DNA from: Candidatus Hydrogenedentota bacterium
GTDB lineage: Bacteria; Hydrogenedentota; Hydrogenedentia; Hydrogenedentales; SLHB01
NCBI GenBank assembly: GCA_963668025.2
Contig: CAXXTH010000017.1
Location: 1,408,001 to 1,472,000 of the forward strand
Reading direction: 5' to 3'
Length of the DNA: 64,000 nt
Each line of letters opens with the position of its first letter. Within the stretch, counting starts at the first letter, position 1. Of the stretch, positions 1-9,232 are shown in pieces. The position numbers were made by a program, and so were the translations under genes. The notes beneath the pieces were generated by a model that did no database searches, was not told the origin of the DNA, and worked only from the letters and a program-made list of their open reading frames with translations.

Positions 1-49
1 TATATACCGTCCGTGCTAGTATCTTTGTATCAAGGGAGAGGGGCTAGGC

Positions 50-2137
50 ATGCGTATCCGAAGACGTTGGGTGGCGATCGGGGCGCTGCTCCTTGTGGGC
101 TGTGCCGGGCAGACTGGGCTTGAACGGGAAGGCGCGGCATACGGGGTCACGCAAGGAGTGTTCCACGGGCGCTGGTGGAATTATTACGAGCGGGGCGTCT
201 CGTATGGCGAAGGGCAGTTCTTCGCCGAAGCGGAAGCGGACCTGCAAAAGGCCTTGCAAGGCCGTTCAGCGGATACGTGGGCGGCGCGCACCTACGGCAT
301 GCACTTCGTCCCTTATTTCCCCAATCGCGAACTAGGCGTCGTTTGTTATCATCAAGATCGGCTCGATGATGCGGAGCGTTATCTGCGCGCTTCGCTCGAA
401 CAGGCGGATAGCGAACGAGCGCGGCATTATCTGGACCTCATCACCAAGCGGCGCATCGAACAAGGAATCCTTTCGGATGGCGCTGCGCCTGCATTGACAA
501 GCTCGATTTTTGGCATGGGTTCAGATATGCACATCGTGGCGGACCGCATCGTGCCGGTTCGCGTCGAAGTAGAAGACGATCTGGGCGTCGCGGGGCTTTC
601 CGTCAATGGCGCGCCCATAGGCATTCGCGGAAACACGGACGCCTTCGAGTATAAGAGTTCGCTGGCGTTGCCGGAAGGAACCCATGCCATCGCGATATCA
701 GCCAGTGATTTGGCTGGAAAAGAGACAGAGGCGGAGATGAATATCGTCGTGGATCTAACCGGCCCAGCCATTGCCATTCTCGATCCCGCTCCTCCTCTCG
801 TCACTACCGCGTTTTCCCTGCGCCTTCGCGGCGCGGCGGCTGACGCAAACGGCGTAGCCGAAGTCCGCCTGGGTGATACCGTGCTGGCGCAATCGGCGGG
901 AGCGGCCCAGCTCGAATTTACGTCGGACCTTCCATTAGTGGCGGGGGAGAATCATTTCGTACTCGCTGCGCGCGATATGGCGGGCAACGAAACCTTTGCC
1001 CCAGTGGATGTGCTCTGTGGCGAGCCTCATGCGGCGGTATCGCGCCGGTGGCTCGAACAGGCGCGTGGCGAGGCCGGCGTGCAGGTGGCTTCGGCAGTGG
1101 ACGCCATACCTGGACTGCTCGCGGGCGCGGCGGAAGAACAACAAGGGCCGTTGAGCATTCACATGAAATTCCCGAACGCGCGCGTGGATACGGCTTCCTA
1201 TCGTAAGAACGAACTGCGCGTGGCGGGCTGGGTGGCGGCGGAGGTGGATCTTCGTTCATTTGCGATTCAAGGGGACAGCTTCCCCGTTGTTCCCGGCGCG
1301 AAACGCGTTGATTTCAGCCGCCGGATTCCTATCGAGGCCCATGAGACCAAAGAGCTCCATGTCGCGGCGGAAGATACGCAGGGCCGCAAGGAAGAATGGA
1401 GCGCCAAAATCACAGGCAAACCGGTCATGCTGGATGAATACCGCATGAAAGTAGCCGTGCAATACGTCCAGGGGGGCGATGAAGCGGTCGAGAGCTATCT
1501 GCAAAGCATGCTCGTGAGCAAGCTGGCGTCCGTGGAAGAAGGCCGTTTCGAGGTGCTCGAGCGGGCGCAGCTCGAAGCGGTGTTGCAGGAGCTTCAACTC
1601 TCCACGAGCGATTTGGCCGATCCGCGTTTTGCGTCGAAGCTGGGCAAAGTCAAGCCCGCCGATGTGTTCCTGTTCGCGGAAGCGTATCCGCGCGAGGCGG
1701 GCGGTATCGAACTGCTGGTGCGCGCCATTGGGGCGGATAACGGCCTCGTGCTGGATACCTACGATGTGTTCGTGGGTGATTGGAACGATGCGGATCAGCG
1801 GGAAGAGCGGGTGAACGAAATTGCCGGGTGGATGGCCCGGACGTTTCCTCGCGTGCCCGGCGCGGTGGACCGTGTGGCGGGCAATAATGCGTGGGTGAAT
1901 CTGGGTGTTGAAGAAGGGATTCGCAAGGGAATGAAAGTCGTGCTGGCGTATGAAGCCGCACCCGAGGAACGCGATCCGGCCACGGGTGAAGTGTTGGAAG
2001 ACGCCCTATATGACGCCATGGGCTGGGCCCCAATTGACGGCGTCGATGCGGAACGCAGCAAACTGGGGCCGTTAGCGCCTGCCCTGAACCATGAGGATGC
2101 GACCATTGCGGAAGGACAGCCGGTCTTTACCATGTAA
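50..2137 (+). CDS. Lipoprotein with N-terminal TPR region, Ig-like (Big/cadherin-like) repeats and a C-terminal CsgG/FlgT-like domain
   Basis: 695-aa ORF preceded by GGGAGAGG. Lipobox LLVGC, TPR-like helices (YYERGV..AEADLQKAL; ELGVVCYHQDRLDDAERYL), DxAGN Ig-repeat motifs, and a CsgG-like segment FEVLERAQLEAVLQELQLS. Confidence 0.7.
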   Translation: MRIRRRWVAIGALLLVGCAGQTGLEREGAAYGVTQGVFHGRWWNYYERGVSYGEGQFFAEAEADLQKALQGRSADTWAARTYGMHFVPYFPNRELGVVCYHQDRLDDAERYLRASLEQADSERARHYLDLITKRRIEQGILSDGAAPALTSSIFGMGSDMHIVADRIVPVRVEVEDDLGVAGLSVNGAPIGIRGNTDAFEYKSSLALPEGTHAIAISASDLAGKETEAEMNIVVDLTGPAIAILDPAPPLVTTAFSLRLRGAAADANGVAEVRLGDTVLAQSAGAAQLEFTSDLPLVAGENHFVLAARDMAGNETFAPVDVLCGEPHAAVSRRWLEQARGEAGVQVASAVDAIPGLLAGAAEEQQGPLSIHMKFPNARVDTASYRKNELRVAGWVAAEVDLRSFAIQGDSFPVVPGAKRVDFSRRIPIEAHETKELHVAAEDTQGRKEEWSAKITGKPVMLDEYRMKVAVQYVQGGDEAVESYLQSMLVSKLASVEEGRFEVLERAQLEAVLQELQLSTSDLADPRFASKLGKVKPADVFLFAEAYPREAGGIELLVRAIGADNGLVLDTYDVFVGDWNDADQREERVNEIAGWMARTFPRVPGAVDRVAGNNAWVNLGVEEGIRKGMKVVLAYEAAPEERDPATGEVLEDALYDAMGWAPIDGVDAERSKLGPLAPALNHEDATIAEGQPVFTM

Positions 2138-3509
2138 GCCCGCATGCGTGTTCGTGTGCGTGGCGGCGCTGCTGGCAGGCGCGGGGGCCATGGCCCAGCC
2201 GCGTATTAATTCGTCGCCGAATCCCGTCGGAAGCGGCGCGCGCGCTTTGGGCATGGGCGGCGCGTTCATCGCCATCGCCGACGACGCCACCGCCGCGTCC
2301 TGGAATCCCGGCGGCCTGACGCAGCTCGAACGGCCCGAGATTTCCGCTGTTTATGCCTGGAAATCATTTCGCGAAGATTACGACGCGGGAGCGAGGCTCG
2401 AGCTTGATCGCGCCGGGGAAGTGGACTTTAGCAGTCTCAACTACTTGAGCGTCGTCTATCCTTTCCAGCGGACCATCGCCGGGCGCAATGTAGTGATCAG
2501 CTTGAATTACCAGCGGAAATTCGATTTTGACCGCGCGATGGATTTGACCTACCACGACATGGACGCCGCCACACAGTTTTCCACCCAGGGCCGCCTGCAT
2601 TATGAGCAAAGCGGCTCGCTCGCGGCGTTGTCACCCGCTTTGGCGTTCGAGGTGACGGACCAGTTGTCGCTGGGCATGGCGGTGAATATTTGGGACGAGT
2701 CCCTCTTAGGCCAGAATGAATGGTCTGAATACACCCGCGCCGACACCTGGACGAAAGTGGGCGGCACCTTGCTGGCAAGCCGCTTCGAGCAGCTCAAGCG
2801 ATATGAAAATTTCGACGGCATGAACTACACCTTCGGTGTATTGTATAAACCCGCCGAGCGCTGGAGTATCGGCGCGGTGTATCACACGGCCTTCGCGGCG
2901 GATGTGGACTATACGGAAGTGCAGCGCCAGCCGCGTGTCCAGGTCAACAAGGAGAAGCGCCGTATCGAGATGCCCAGCGCCTGGGGCCTTGGCGTCGCAT
3001 ACCGGTTTCCGAATGACAAACTCACCCTTTCGCTCGATGTGACCCGCCGCCAGTGGGATCAATATGTCGAGGTGCAGCGCGGGCTTTTCGGCCAGGCCCA
3101 GCGCATTTCTCCGATCACGGGCCTCGAAAAATGGCGCAGTCCCCATGACTCTACCTATACCGTCCGCCTGGGGGCGGAATACGTCTTTTTCGACCCGAAA
3201 CAGCCGCTCAAGAACTATCTGCCGAGCCTGCGCGCGGGCGTGTTTTACGACCCCGCGCCCGCGGGGGGCGGCCATTTCCTCGCCAACATAAATGGGCAGG
3301 AGTTTTATAGCCGCATGACAGGCAAGCCGGATGATTTCTGGGGCATCTCGCTCGGCGCGGGCGTGCTTATCCGCAATCGGATCAACATCGATATCGCCTA
3401 CCAATATCGGTGGGGCGATGATGTCCGCAAAGACACCTTCCAGCAGTGGGACATGGACGGCGACGTGGACCAGCACGAGATATTTCTGTCCACCGTGATT
3501 TATTTCTAG
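2091..3509 (+). CDS. OmpP1/FadL-family outer-membrane beta-barrel protein (exact start uncertain)
   Basis: GSGARALGMGGAFIAIADDATAASWNPGGL hatch motif and C-terminal aromatic residues (VIYF). Overlaps the end of the upstream gene. Confidence 0.8.
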   Translation: MRMRPLRKDSRSLPCKPACVFVCVAALLAGAGAMAQPRINSSPNPVGSGARALGMGGAFIAIADDATAASWNPGGLTQLERPEISAVYAWKSFREDYDAGARLELDRAGEVDFSSLNYLSVVYPFQRTIAGRNVVISLNYQRKFDFDRAMDLTYHDMDAATQFSTQGRLHYEQSGSLAALSPALAFEVTDQLSLGMAVNIWDESLLGQNEWSEYTRADTWTKVGGTLLASRFEQLKRYENFDGMNYTFGVLYKPAERWSIGAVYHTAFAADVDYTEVQRQPRVQVNKEKRRIEMPSAWGLGVAYRFPNDKLTLSLDVTRRQWDQYVEVQRGLFGQAQRISPITGLEKWRSPHDSTYTVRLGAEYVFFDPKQPLKNYLPSLRAGVFYDPAPAGGGHFLANINGQEFYSRMTGKPDDFWGISLGAGVLIRNRINIDIAYQYRWGDDVRKDTFQQWDMDGDVDQHEIFLSTVIYF

Positions 3510-3754
3510 CATCGAGCGCTTCCATAGAGGATGCGCACTCATCTAACTCAATCCCTTGTGTCTGCATGGCGATGGATACCATATTTATAAGCATTCTTGA
3601 AGCTGACCACATGGTATGGTAGCATCCTTGGTCGGCCCCCGATGTATTGTATGCGCCGCTCCTGGGAGGCCGTGAAGGTGCGGGCGTGTTATCGGGCCTC
3701 GTAAGCGCCTCATGCGTCTTGAGTTGCCCGTATCAGCAGAGCCGAATTGTGCCT

Positions 3755-5584
3755 ATGCGCCGCCGTATAACCCGCTTGCTGGGGTTCGTTTCACTCGTAT
3801 TGAGTGCGCCCGCCGCGTGGGGGGTTGATATTGTCGAACCCTTCACGGACGGGAGTGTCGCCGTGTTGCGCAATGGGCGCTCCATCTTCATTGAATGCAC
3901 CCCTCCATCCGGCCCTTCGGCGGAATCCTTCTTGAAAAAACGCCTGGGAGAAGGCGCGGACTGGCGTGTGTATGCAGGCAAAGGCCGGGTTGTGCTGCCT
4001 TACGCCAATTTGAATCCTGAATCGCAGCGCGAAGCGTTGCTCACTATTTTTAAGTATGACTATGTAAATGAAAAGGGCTGGGTGCATCAGGTCCGTTTTG
4101 TCGGTGAAGGCACAGGCAAGGAGACGCTCTGGACGTTATGCGAGTGGCTGACAGGAAATGGATTCAACCACGAGAAAGTGCAGCAGGCGAATGGACTGCA
4201 TACGCCCAATTTGGTGCGCGGCCAGCAGGTGGTGTTTCCCGTCGAATTATTGCGCGATATCATGAAAAAGCGGACTCCGGACCGGCTGCCGAAACCGCCT
4301 CCGCTCCAGGAGTCCGCGCCGCAGGAATCCGCGCCACTTCAGGACTCGCCGCCTAAGGCCATGGCGGAAGAATCGCCCGAGCCTGTCGAAGATACCTTGG
4401 TCGAGCTTGGGGCGCTGGATGATGCGGAAACGAAGCTTCTCACGTATAAAAGTGATAAGGACGGCCCCTACGCGTTGTATCATTTACAGCCTGGCGATAA
4501 ATCCATTTATACGCCCGTAGTGGTGCGATTCACGGATTACCGGGAAAATGTCGATATCCTGGCGGCGTGCGAAGCCATCTTGAAGCGCAGCGGCATCAAT
4601 GATGTCACCAGCATGGAGACAGGCCAGCCCATCAAGATCCCTCAAGATATGCTGTCGGCGCGCTTCATGCCGGAGAACACGCCGGAGCGGCGTGAGTATG
4701 AAGAAACCATCACCGAAGCGGAGCAGGCGCGTAATGAGCAGGTTCGGGCTCGGGATCTCGAGGGTGTGGTGGTGATTCTCGATCCGGGGCATGGAGGAGA
4801 CGATCCGGGGGCCATGGTCGAGAGAGGCGCGTACCGCATATATGAAGATGAGATCAATTACGATATTTGCTGCCGGGCGAAGGCTATCCTGGAGCGGGAA
4901 ACACGAGCGAAAGTGTATATGACCGTCCGGGATCGTTCGCAGAGCTATACGCCCGCGGCCACAAGCAGATTCACCCACGACAAAGATGAAGAGCTTACCT
5001 CCACGCCAGCGTATCCAAATGAGAATCCCAAATATTCCGTTAATCTGCGCTGGTATATGGCCAATGCGATATATCGCAATGAACGCCAGCGCGGCGTGAG
5101 TGAGCGGCAGATCATTTTTACGAGTTTTCATTGCGACAAACTGTTCAATGAACAATTGCGTGGGGCGATGTTCTATATACCCGGCGCACAATACCGGAAA
5201 GACAGTTATACGGCCAGCCCCGAGAGTTTTTATAAACGGTATGAGGAAGTGCGGGAAGGCCGCAGCTTTGAATCCAATGCCTCGGAACGGCGGCGGGATG
5301 AAGCGTGGTCGCGCAATTTCGCGGAGACGCTGTATGGGGAATTTGGTAAGAAGCGGATTCGCCGCCACCAAGAGAGCGCGCCCATCCGCAATGTGATCCG
5401 CCAATCCGGCGAGCGGTATTATGTGCCGGCTGTGTTGCGGTATAACAAAGTGCCCACGAAGATTTTGGTGGAAGTGGCGAATATGACGAACAGCACGGAC
5501 TGTGAGCGTATGTCAGACGCCGAATGGCGCCAGACGGTGGCCGAGGCGTATGTCAATGCGCTAAAGGTTCATTTCGGTTCTTGA
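3755..5584 (+). CDS. N-acetylmuramoyl-L-alanine amidase (Amidase_3) with LysM-like N-terminal domains
   Basis: Signal peptide MRRRITRLL..AWG, motif VILDPGHGGDDPGA, zinc-ligand motifs SFHCD and ILVEVAN. Confidence 0.85.
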   Translation: MRRRITRLLGFVSLVLSAPAAWGVDIVEPFTDGSVAVLRNGRSIFIECTPPSGPSAESFLKKRLGEGADWRVYAGKGRVVLPYANLNPESQREALLTIFKYDYVNEKGWVHQVRFVGEGTGKETLWTLCEWLTGNGFNHEKVQQANGLHTPNLVRGQQVVFPVELLRDIMKKRTPDRLPKPPPLQESAPQESAPLQDSPPKAMAEESPEPVEDTLVELGALDDAETKLLTYKSDKDGPYALYHLQPGDKSIYTPVVVRFTDYRENVDILAACEAILKRSGINDVTSMETGQPIKIPQDMLSARFMPENTPERREYEETITEAEQARNEQVRARDLEGVVVILDPGHGGDDPGAMVERGAYRIYEDEINYDICCRAKAILERETRAKVYMTVRDRSQSYTPAATSRFTHDKDEELTSTPAYPNENPKYSVNLRWYMANAIYRNERQRGVSERQIIFTSFHCDKLFNEQLRGAMFYIPGAQYRKDSYTASPESFYKRYEEVREGRSFESNASERRRDEAWSRNFAETLYGEFGKKRIRRHQESAPIRNVIRQSGERYYVPAVLRYNKVPTKILVEVANMTNSTDCERMSDAEWRQTVAEAYVNALKVHFGS

Positions 5585-6891
5585 TGCCGTTCTTCTTTCC
5601 ATCGCTGGCCGAGGGTGATCCCGTGGGCCATGAGGGGGTCTTGCGCAAGGCCGTTCTGGGCCATTTTTTCCGTAATCCAGCCTTCAAGCCGCGCTTCCAA
5701 CGTGCGCACTTCTTCCGGCCTTGCATCTGCGATATTGTGTAATTCTTGCGGATCGGCCTCGAGGTCATACAGCTCCCGCATCGGCGTGCCGTAAAAATCG
5801 GTTTCACGGGCAAGGATAAATTTCCGGTCTTTGGTGCGCAATCCCCATTTCATTTGCCAGGTGCATTCCTGCGTGGTGAGGAATTCCCGCTGTGGCCCCT
5901 TCGATGGCTCGCCGGAGCGGAGGGCCTCCACCCAGTTCGCGCCTTCCATCTGGGGCGGGATCTCGAGGCCGCACAGGCCGAGAATGGTTGGGGCGATATC
6001 CACATGCGCGGCTAATGGGCTAATGCGGCCCGGTGCAATCGACGGGTGGCGCATGATCAATGGCACGTGGATGTTGCCCTCGTATAAGCCGTGATGATCA
6101 AAATAGACGCCGTGGCGGTACATTAACTCGCCATGATCGCTCAAGAACACCACTAAGGTGTCTTCCGCCGCGCCGGTGCGTTCGAGGGCTTCGAGCAACT
6201 GGCCAATCCCTTCATCGCAATACCGGATCGACGCGTCGTATAACGCCACGATGTATTCCGGGTCCGTGAATTTGCGGCCAATCAAATTGAACCAGGTTTC
6301 CCGCCAGAGGCGCCCGAGGGGATGCCGTTCGAGGGCGTCGAGGAGATGGTTATCCGGCTGGTCGGGTTCGCCCGAATAAAACAGGGATCGGTACGCCCGG
6401 GGAGGCAGATACGGCGTATGGGCGTCCCAGTAATGGATTAACAAATAAAACGGTTCGGCGGCATGCCGTTCCAGCCAAGGGATCGCCCGCTGGTTGATTC
6501 CCCGGTTGTCACAGTTGAATTGCAACGAGCGGCGGCTCGTGGGGTCAATATAGAATTCCAGCCCGCGTAAAAAACCGGGGTGCCAGGCGGCAAGGTTGTC
6601 CACCGCGCAAGTGGTGTAGCCGTTTTTCTGCATGATGGCGGGCAGCAAGGGCGCATGCGCCGATAAGGGAATATGTCCGCCGTGGGCGACCACGCCATGG
6701 GTGATCGAGTATTGCCCGGTCAGAATGGTCGAGAAAGCCGGATGCGTCGGGATAGCCGTGGCGATGGCGTGATCAAATACGGCGCTCTGTGCGGCGAAGG
6801 CGTCAATACGCGGCGAGGTGGCCCGGGAGTAGCCGTAACAGCCGAGGTGGTCGGCCCGGAGCGTATCCATGGCGATGATGAGCACATTCAT
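5569..6891 (-). CDS. Sulfatase-like / alkaline-phosphatase-superfamily hydrolase
   Basis: Motifs DTLRADHLGCYGY, HYWDAHTPY, SDHGE and ELYDLEADPQE. The nucleophile region is PTHPAF, with no CxPxR. Confidence 0.85.
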   Translation of the reverse strand: MNVLIIAMDTLRADHLGCYGYSRATSPRIDAFAAQSAVFDHAIATAIPTHPAFSTILTGQYSITHGVVAHGGHIPLSAHAPLLPAIMQKNGYTTCAVDNLAAWHPGFLRGLEFYIDPTSRRSLQFNCDNRGINQRAIPWLERHAAEPFYLLIHYWDAHTPYLPPRAYRSLFYSGEPDQPDNHLLDALERHPLGRLWRETWFNLIGRKFTDPEYIVALYDASIRYCDEGIGQLLEALERTGAAEDTLVVFLSDHGELMYRHGVYFDHHGLYEGNIHVPLIMRHPSIAPGRISPLAAHVDIAPTILGLCGLEIPPQMEGANWVEALRSGEPSKGPQREFLTTQECTWQMKWGLRTKDRKFILARETDFYGTPMRELYDLEADPQELHNIADARPEEVRTLEARLEGWITEKMAQNGLAQDPLMAHGITLGQRWKEERHQEPK

Positions 6892-7058
6892 GGAAAAAAC
6901 ATTCCTTCCAGAGAACGTATACACTCGCCTCCTGCGGGCGATTCATCCGCATGGTGTATCACGAAACTGGAAAAGAGTGCAAGGTTGGCGCGGTTAAAAT
7001 TTTCGTGGAGCTGCCTAGCGCGGCATGGGCGCCCATACATGCTCAAAAAATAATCCTC

Positions 7059-7081
7059 GTAGCATGGGCGGCCCGCCCATG
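7059..7081. repeat. GTAG-type REP palindrome (single copy, with a degenerate neighbour at about 7017-7043)
   Basis: GTAGCATGGGCGGCCCGCCCATG differs at one base from the copy at 56626-56648. Confidence 0.65.
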
Positions 7082-7099
7082 CAAGGCTCCTGTGTGATC

Positions 7100-7191
7100 A
7101 AAAAAAAGCGCGGGCTATCTCCCCTCCTCTTTCGCATCGGGACGCCTGATAGGACGTCTCCGATGGCGGTCGGAAAGGGTGGATAGCCCGC
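7100..7191 (-). terminator. Long hairpin followed by U8 on the minus strand (terminator or 3' end of a structured RNA)
   Basis: GCGGGCTATC (7110-7119) pairs with GATAGCCCGC (7182-7191), with inner stems. A8 at 7100-7107. Confidence 0.55.
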
Positions 7192-7263
7192 ATGTTCCAT
7201 AGCATCTACGGATTTTACGTTCAGTGTATGGGCAGCCGTTCCGGCCACGCTTTCGGCTGCTTG

Positions 7264-7494
7264 TCAGTTGTAATACATTTGGCGTTTATCTTCCATGGTT
7301 TGCGACAAGACTTCGAGTAGTTTCTGGCGCTCTTCTTCGGTCAAGCCCGTGGCCGGATCCTGAATGATCTTGGCCAGCGGAGGCGCCAGCTCGTCTTCAA
7401 GCACCCAATACGTAATGATATCTCCATAGGGCCAAAAGCGTATATTAATCCCTGACTTGAGCGTTGCCCACAACCCAATGTAACGACATAACAC
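7264..7494 (-). CDS. Small hypothetical protein or gene remnant
   Basis: 76-aa ORF with a plausible helical C-terminus and no recognisable family. Lies among repeats. Confidence 0.3.
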   Translation of the reverse strand: MLCRYIGLWATLKSGINIRFWPYGDIITYWVLEDELAPPLAKIIQDPATGLTEEERQKLLEVLSQTMEDKRQMYYN

Positions 7495-7513
7495 TGTTTA
7501 TTCTCGTTTACTT

Positions 7514-7621
7514 TTGCGTTCTTTGCGGCTTTGCGTGCGCATAAATCGATTTGGATCTCTGTTGATAGTACAGCGCGCCAGCTTTACTCATCCATTTCAC
7601 GCAAAGCCGCAAAGAATGCAA
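7514..7621. repeat. 24-bp inverted repeat pair built from roughly 9-bp units
   Basis: TTGCGTTCTTTGCGGCTTTGCGTG (7514-7537) versus CACGCAAAGCCGCAAAGAATGCAA (7598-7621), 23 of 24 complementary. Confidence 0.75.
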
Positions 7622-7994
7622 CCGTTTAAAGCGCGATACCTGTAATAAAAGAACTTCTTAACCCTTTAGCCATCTGGAGTTAAAATAGTGGGCTGATTTT
7701 TTAAACCGCGAATAGATGCGAATAAACTCGAATTCATGACAAACCTCCGTTAATAAGAGATTTTTTTGACAGGATTGAGCCGATGAATGATTTGGTGAAG
7801 TGGAAGCCTGGCTGTTTAGGGGCAGCAGGCGTATATATTCATATGCCTATCGTCATGGAGAATGCATAAGCCATCGCAAAGGATTGCGCATCTTGCACGC
7901 GGGGGTGGAAAAAAATGCCGCAACCGGCATACCCGTCAGAAAAATTTCTGTTGTAACTATTGATTGTATAAGAGATTGTGCAGTGCATTCTTGA

Positions 7995-8010
7995 TGGCAT
8001 GGCGCTTGCT
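7995..8010 (+). promoter_or_regulatory. Putative sigma54 (-24/-12) promoter
   Basis: TGGCAT-GGCGC-TTGCT matches TGGCAC-N5-TTGCW and lies 36 nt upstream of ATG 8047. Confidence 0.55.
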
Positions 8011-8046
8011 TGTTTCTGCCTGGCATCGGATTGGGAGTTGGAAAAC

Positions 8047-9210
8047 ATGGAACTGGCCTTGATCGCCCTCGAAAACGCATTGGCGGCAGCCCGGCCTGAA
8101 CCGCCGCGCAGTTCCGCCCGCTATATTGTCGAGCAGAGCAAGGCGGTTTCCGATGATGGTTTCCGTGCTGCTCTCGAAAGTGCGAACGCCCGCGCGGCGT
8201 CCACGGAAAGCGCCAGCCATTGCGTGGAGCAAGGCGACACGCTTTGGGAAATTTGCCGGGATGCGCTTCAGGATTCCGGTATTGCTCCCGTACATGCGGA
8301 AGTGCAGGCGGCAATTGACCGGGTAGCGGAGGCCAATCAATTGCGTGATCCAGACAAGCTTTCCGTCGGACAACAACTTGATCTGCGTGCGATAATGCCG
8401 GAGGAGCATGAACTTGAAACTCCGCCGGAATCAACCGCCGCAAGCACATTGAAATCCATGAATATCCCAAGGGATTTACGCTTGGCGGATGGGCGTAGCT
8501 TCCTGGAAGGGAGCGCCTTGACAACTTTGATACCCGTGCAAGCGGTCGAAAAGTACGCCACATCCGCTCAAGGCGGCCCTGCGCCCGTAGGCATTCTCGT
8601 CGCCAGCCGCACCGAGGAGCTGGGGCTGATACCGGATTCGGATGTAACAACCGCGAAGAGCGTGGATGCGGCGCAAACGTCCTCGCTGGAGAACCAGCCC
8701 ATCACCCGGGCCAGCCTAATGGCCATGATCGAGCGGCTTCTCGGCGGAAGTGAGGATTCAACGAAACAAGCATCCCAGGAAACCGGGCCGTGGAGTACCC
8801 TGCTACGGGATGATACGGCGAGATTATCGTCTTCTTTCGGGATGCGTGCGGATCCGTTCACGGGGCTGCCGGAGCATCATGATGGGATCGATATTGCAGC
8901 GCCCACGGGAACGGAGATTTATCCGTACAAAGCTGGGCAAGTGGTGGCGGCGGGCTGGCAGCCAGGATATGGCCGTTCCGTCATTTTGCGGCATCGGGAT
9001 GGGACGGAAACCGTGTATGGGCACGCATCCAAGCTCTTGGTGCGGCCAGGCGATTTGGTGACGGCGAACGACCCGATTGGCCAAGTAGGCTCGACCGGAC
9101 GGGCGACAGGCCCGCATCTGCATTTTGAAGTGCGTGTCGAAGGCCAGGCAGTGGATCCTACGCCGTTCCTGTCCAATGATACGCTGCAACTGGCGCAAGC
9201 GGAGGCGTGA
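8047..9210 (+). CDS. LysM-domain M23-family peptidoglycan endopeptidase
   Basis: LysM motif HCVEQGDTLWEI..ANQLRDPDKLSVGQQL, M23 motifs HDGIDIAA and TGPHLHFEV. SD GGGAG before ATG 8047. Confidence 0.88.
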   Translation: MELALIALENALAAARPEPPRSSARYIVEQSKAVSDDGFRAALESANARAASTESASHCVEQGDTLWEICRDALQDSGIAPVHAEVQAAIDRVAEANQLRDPDKLSVGQQLDLRAIMPEEHELETPPESTAASTLKSMNIPRDLRLADGRSFLEGSALTTLIPVQAVEKYATSAQGGPAPVGILVASRTEELGLIPDSDVTTAKSVDAAQTSSLENQPITRASLMAMIERLLGGSEDSTKQASQETGPWSTLLRDDTARLSSSFGMRADPFTGLPEHHDGIDIAAPTGTEIYPYKAGQVVAAGWQPGYGRSVILRHRDGTETVYGHASKLLVRPGDLVTANDPIGQVGSTGRATGPHLHFEVRVEGQAVDPTPFLSNDTLQLAQAEA

Positions 9211-9232
9211 TTCCATGTAGGATTGCCTGCGC

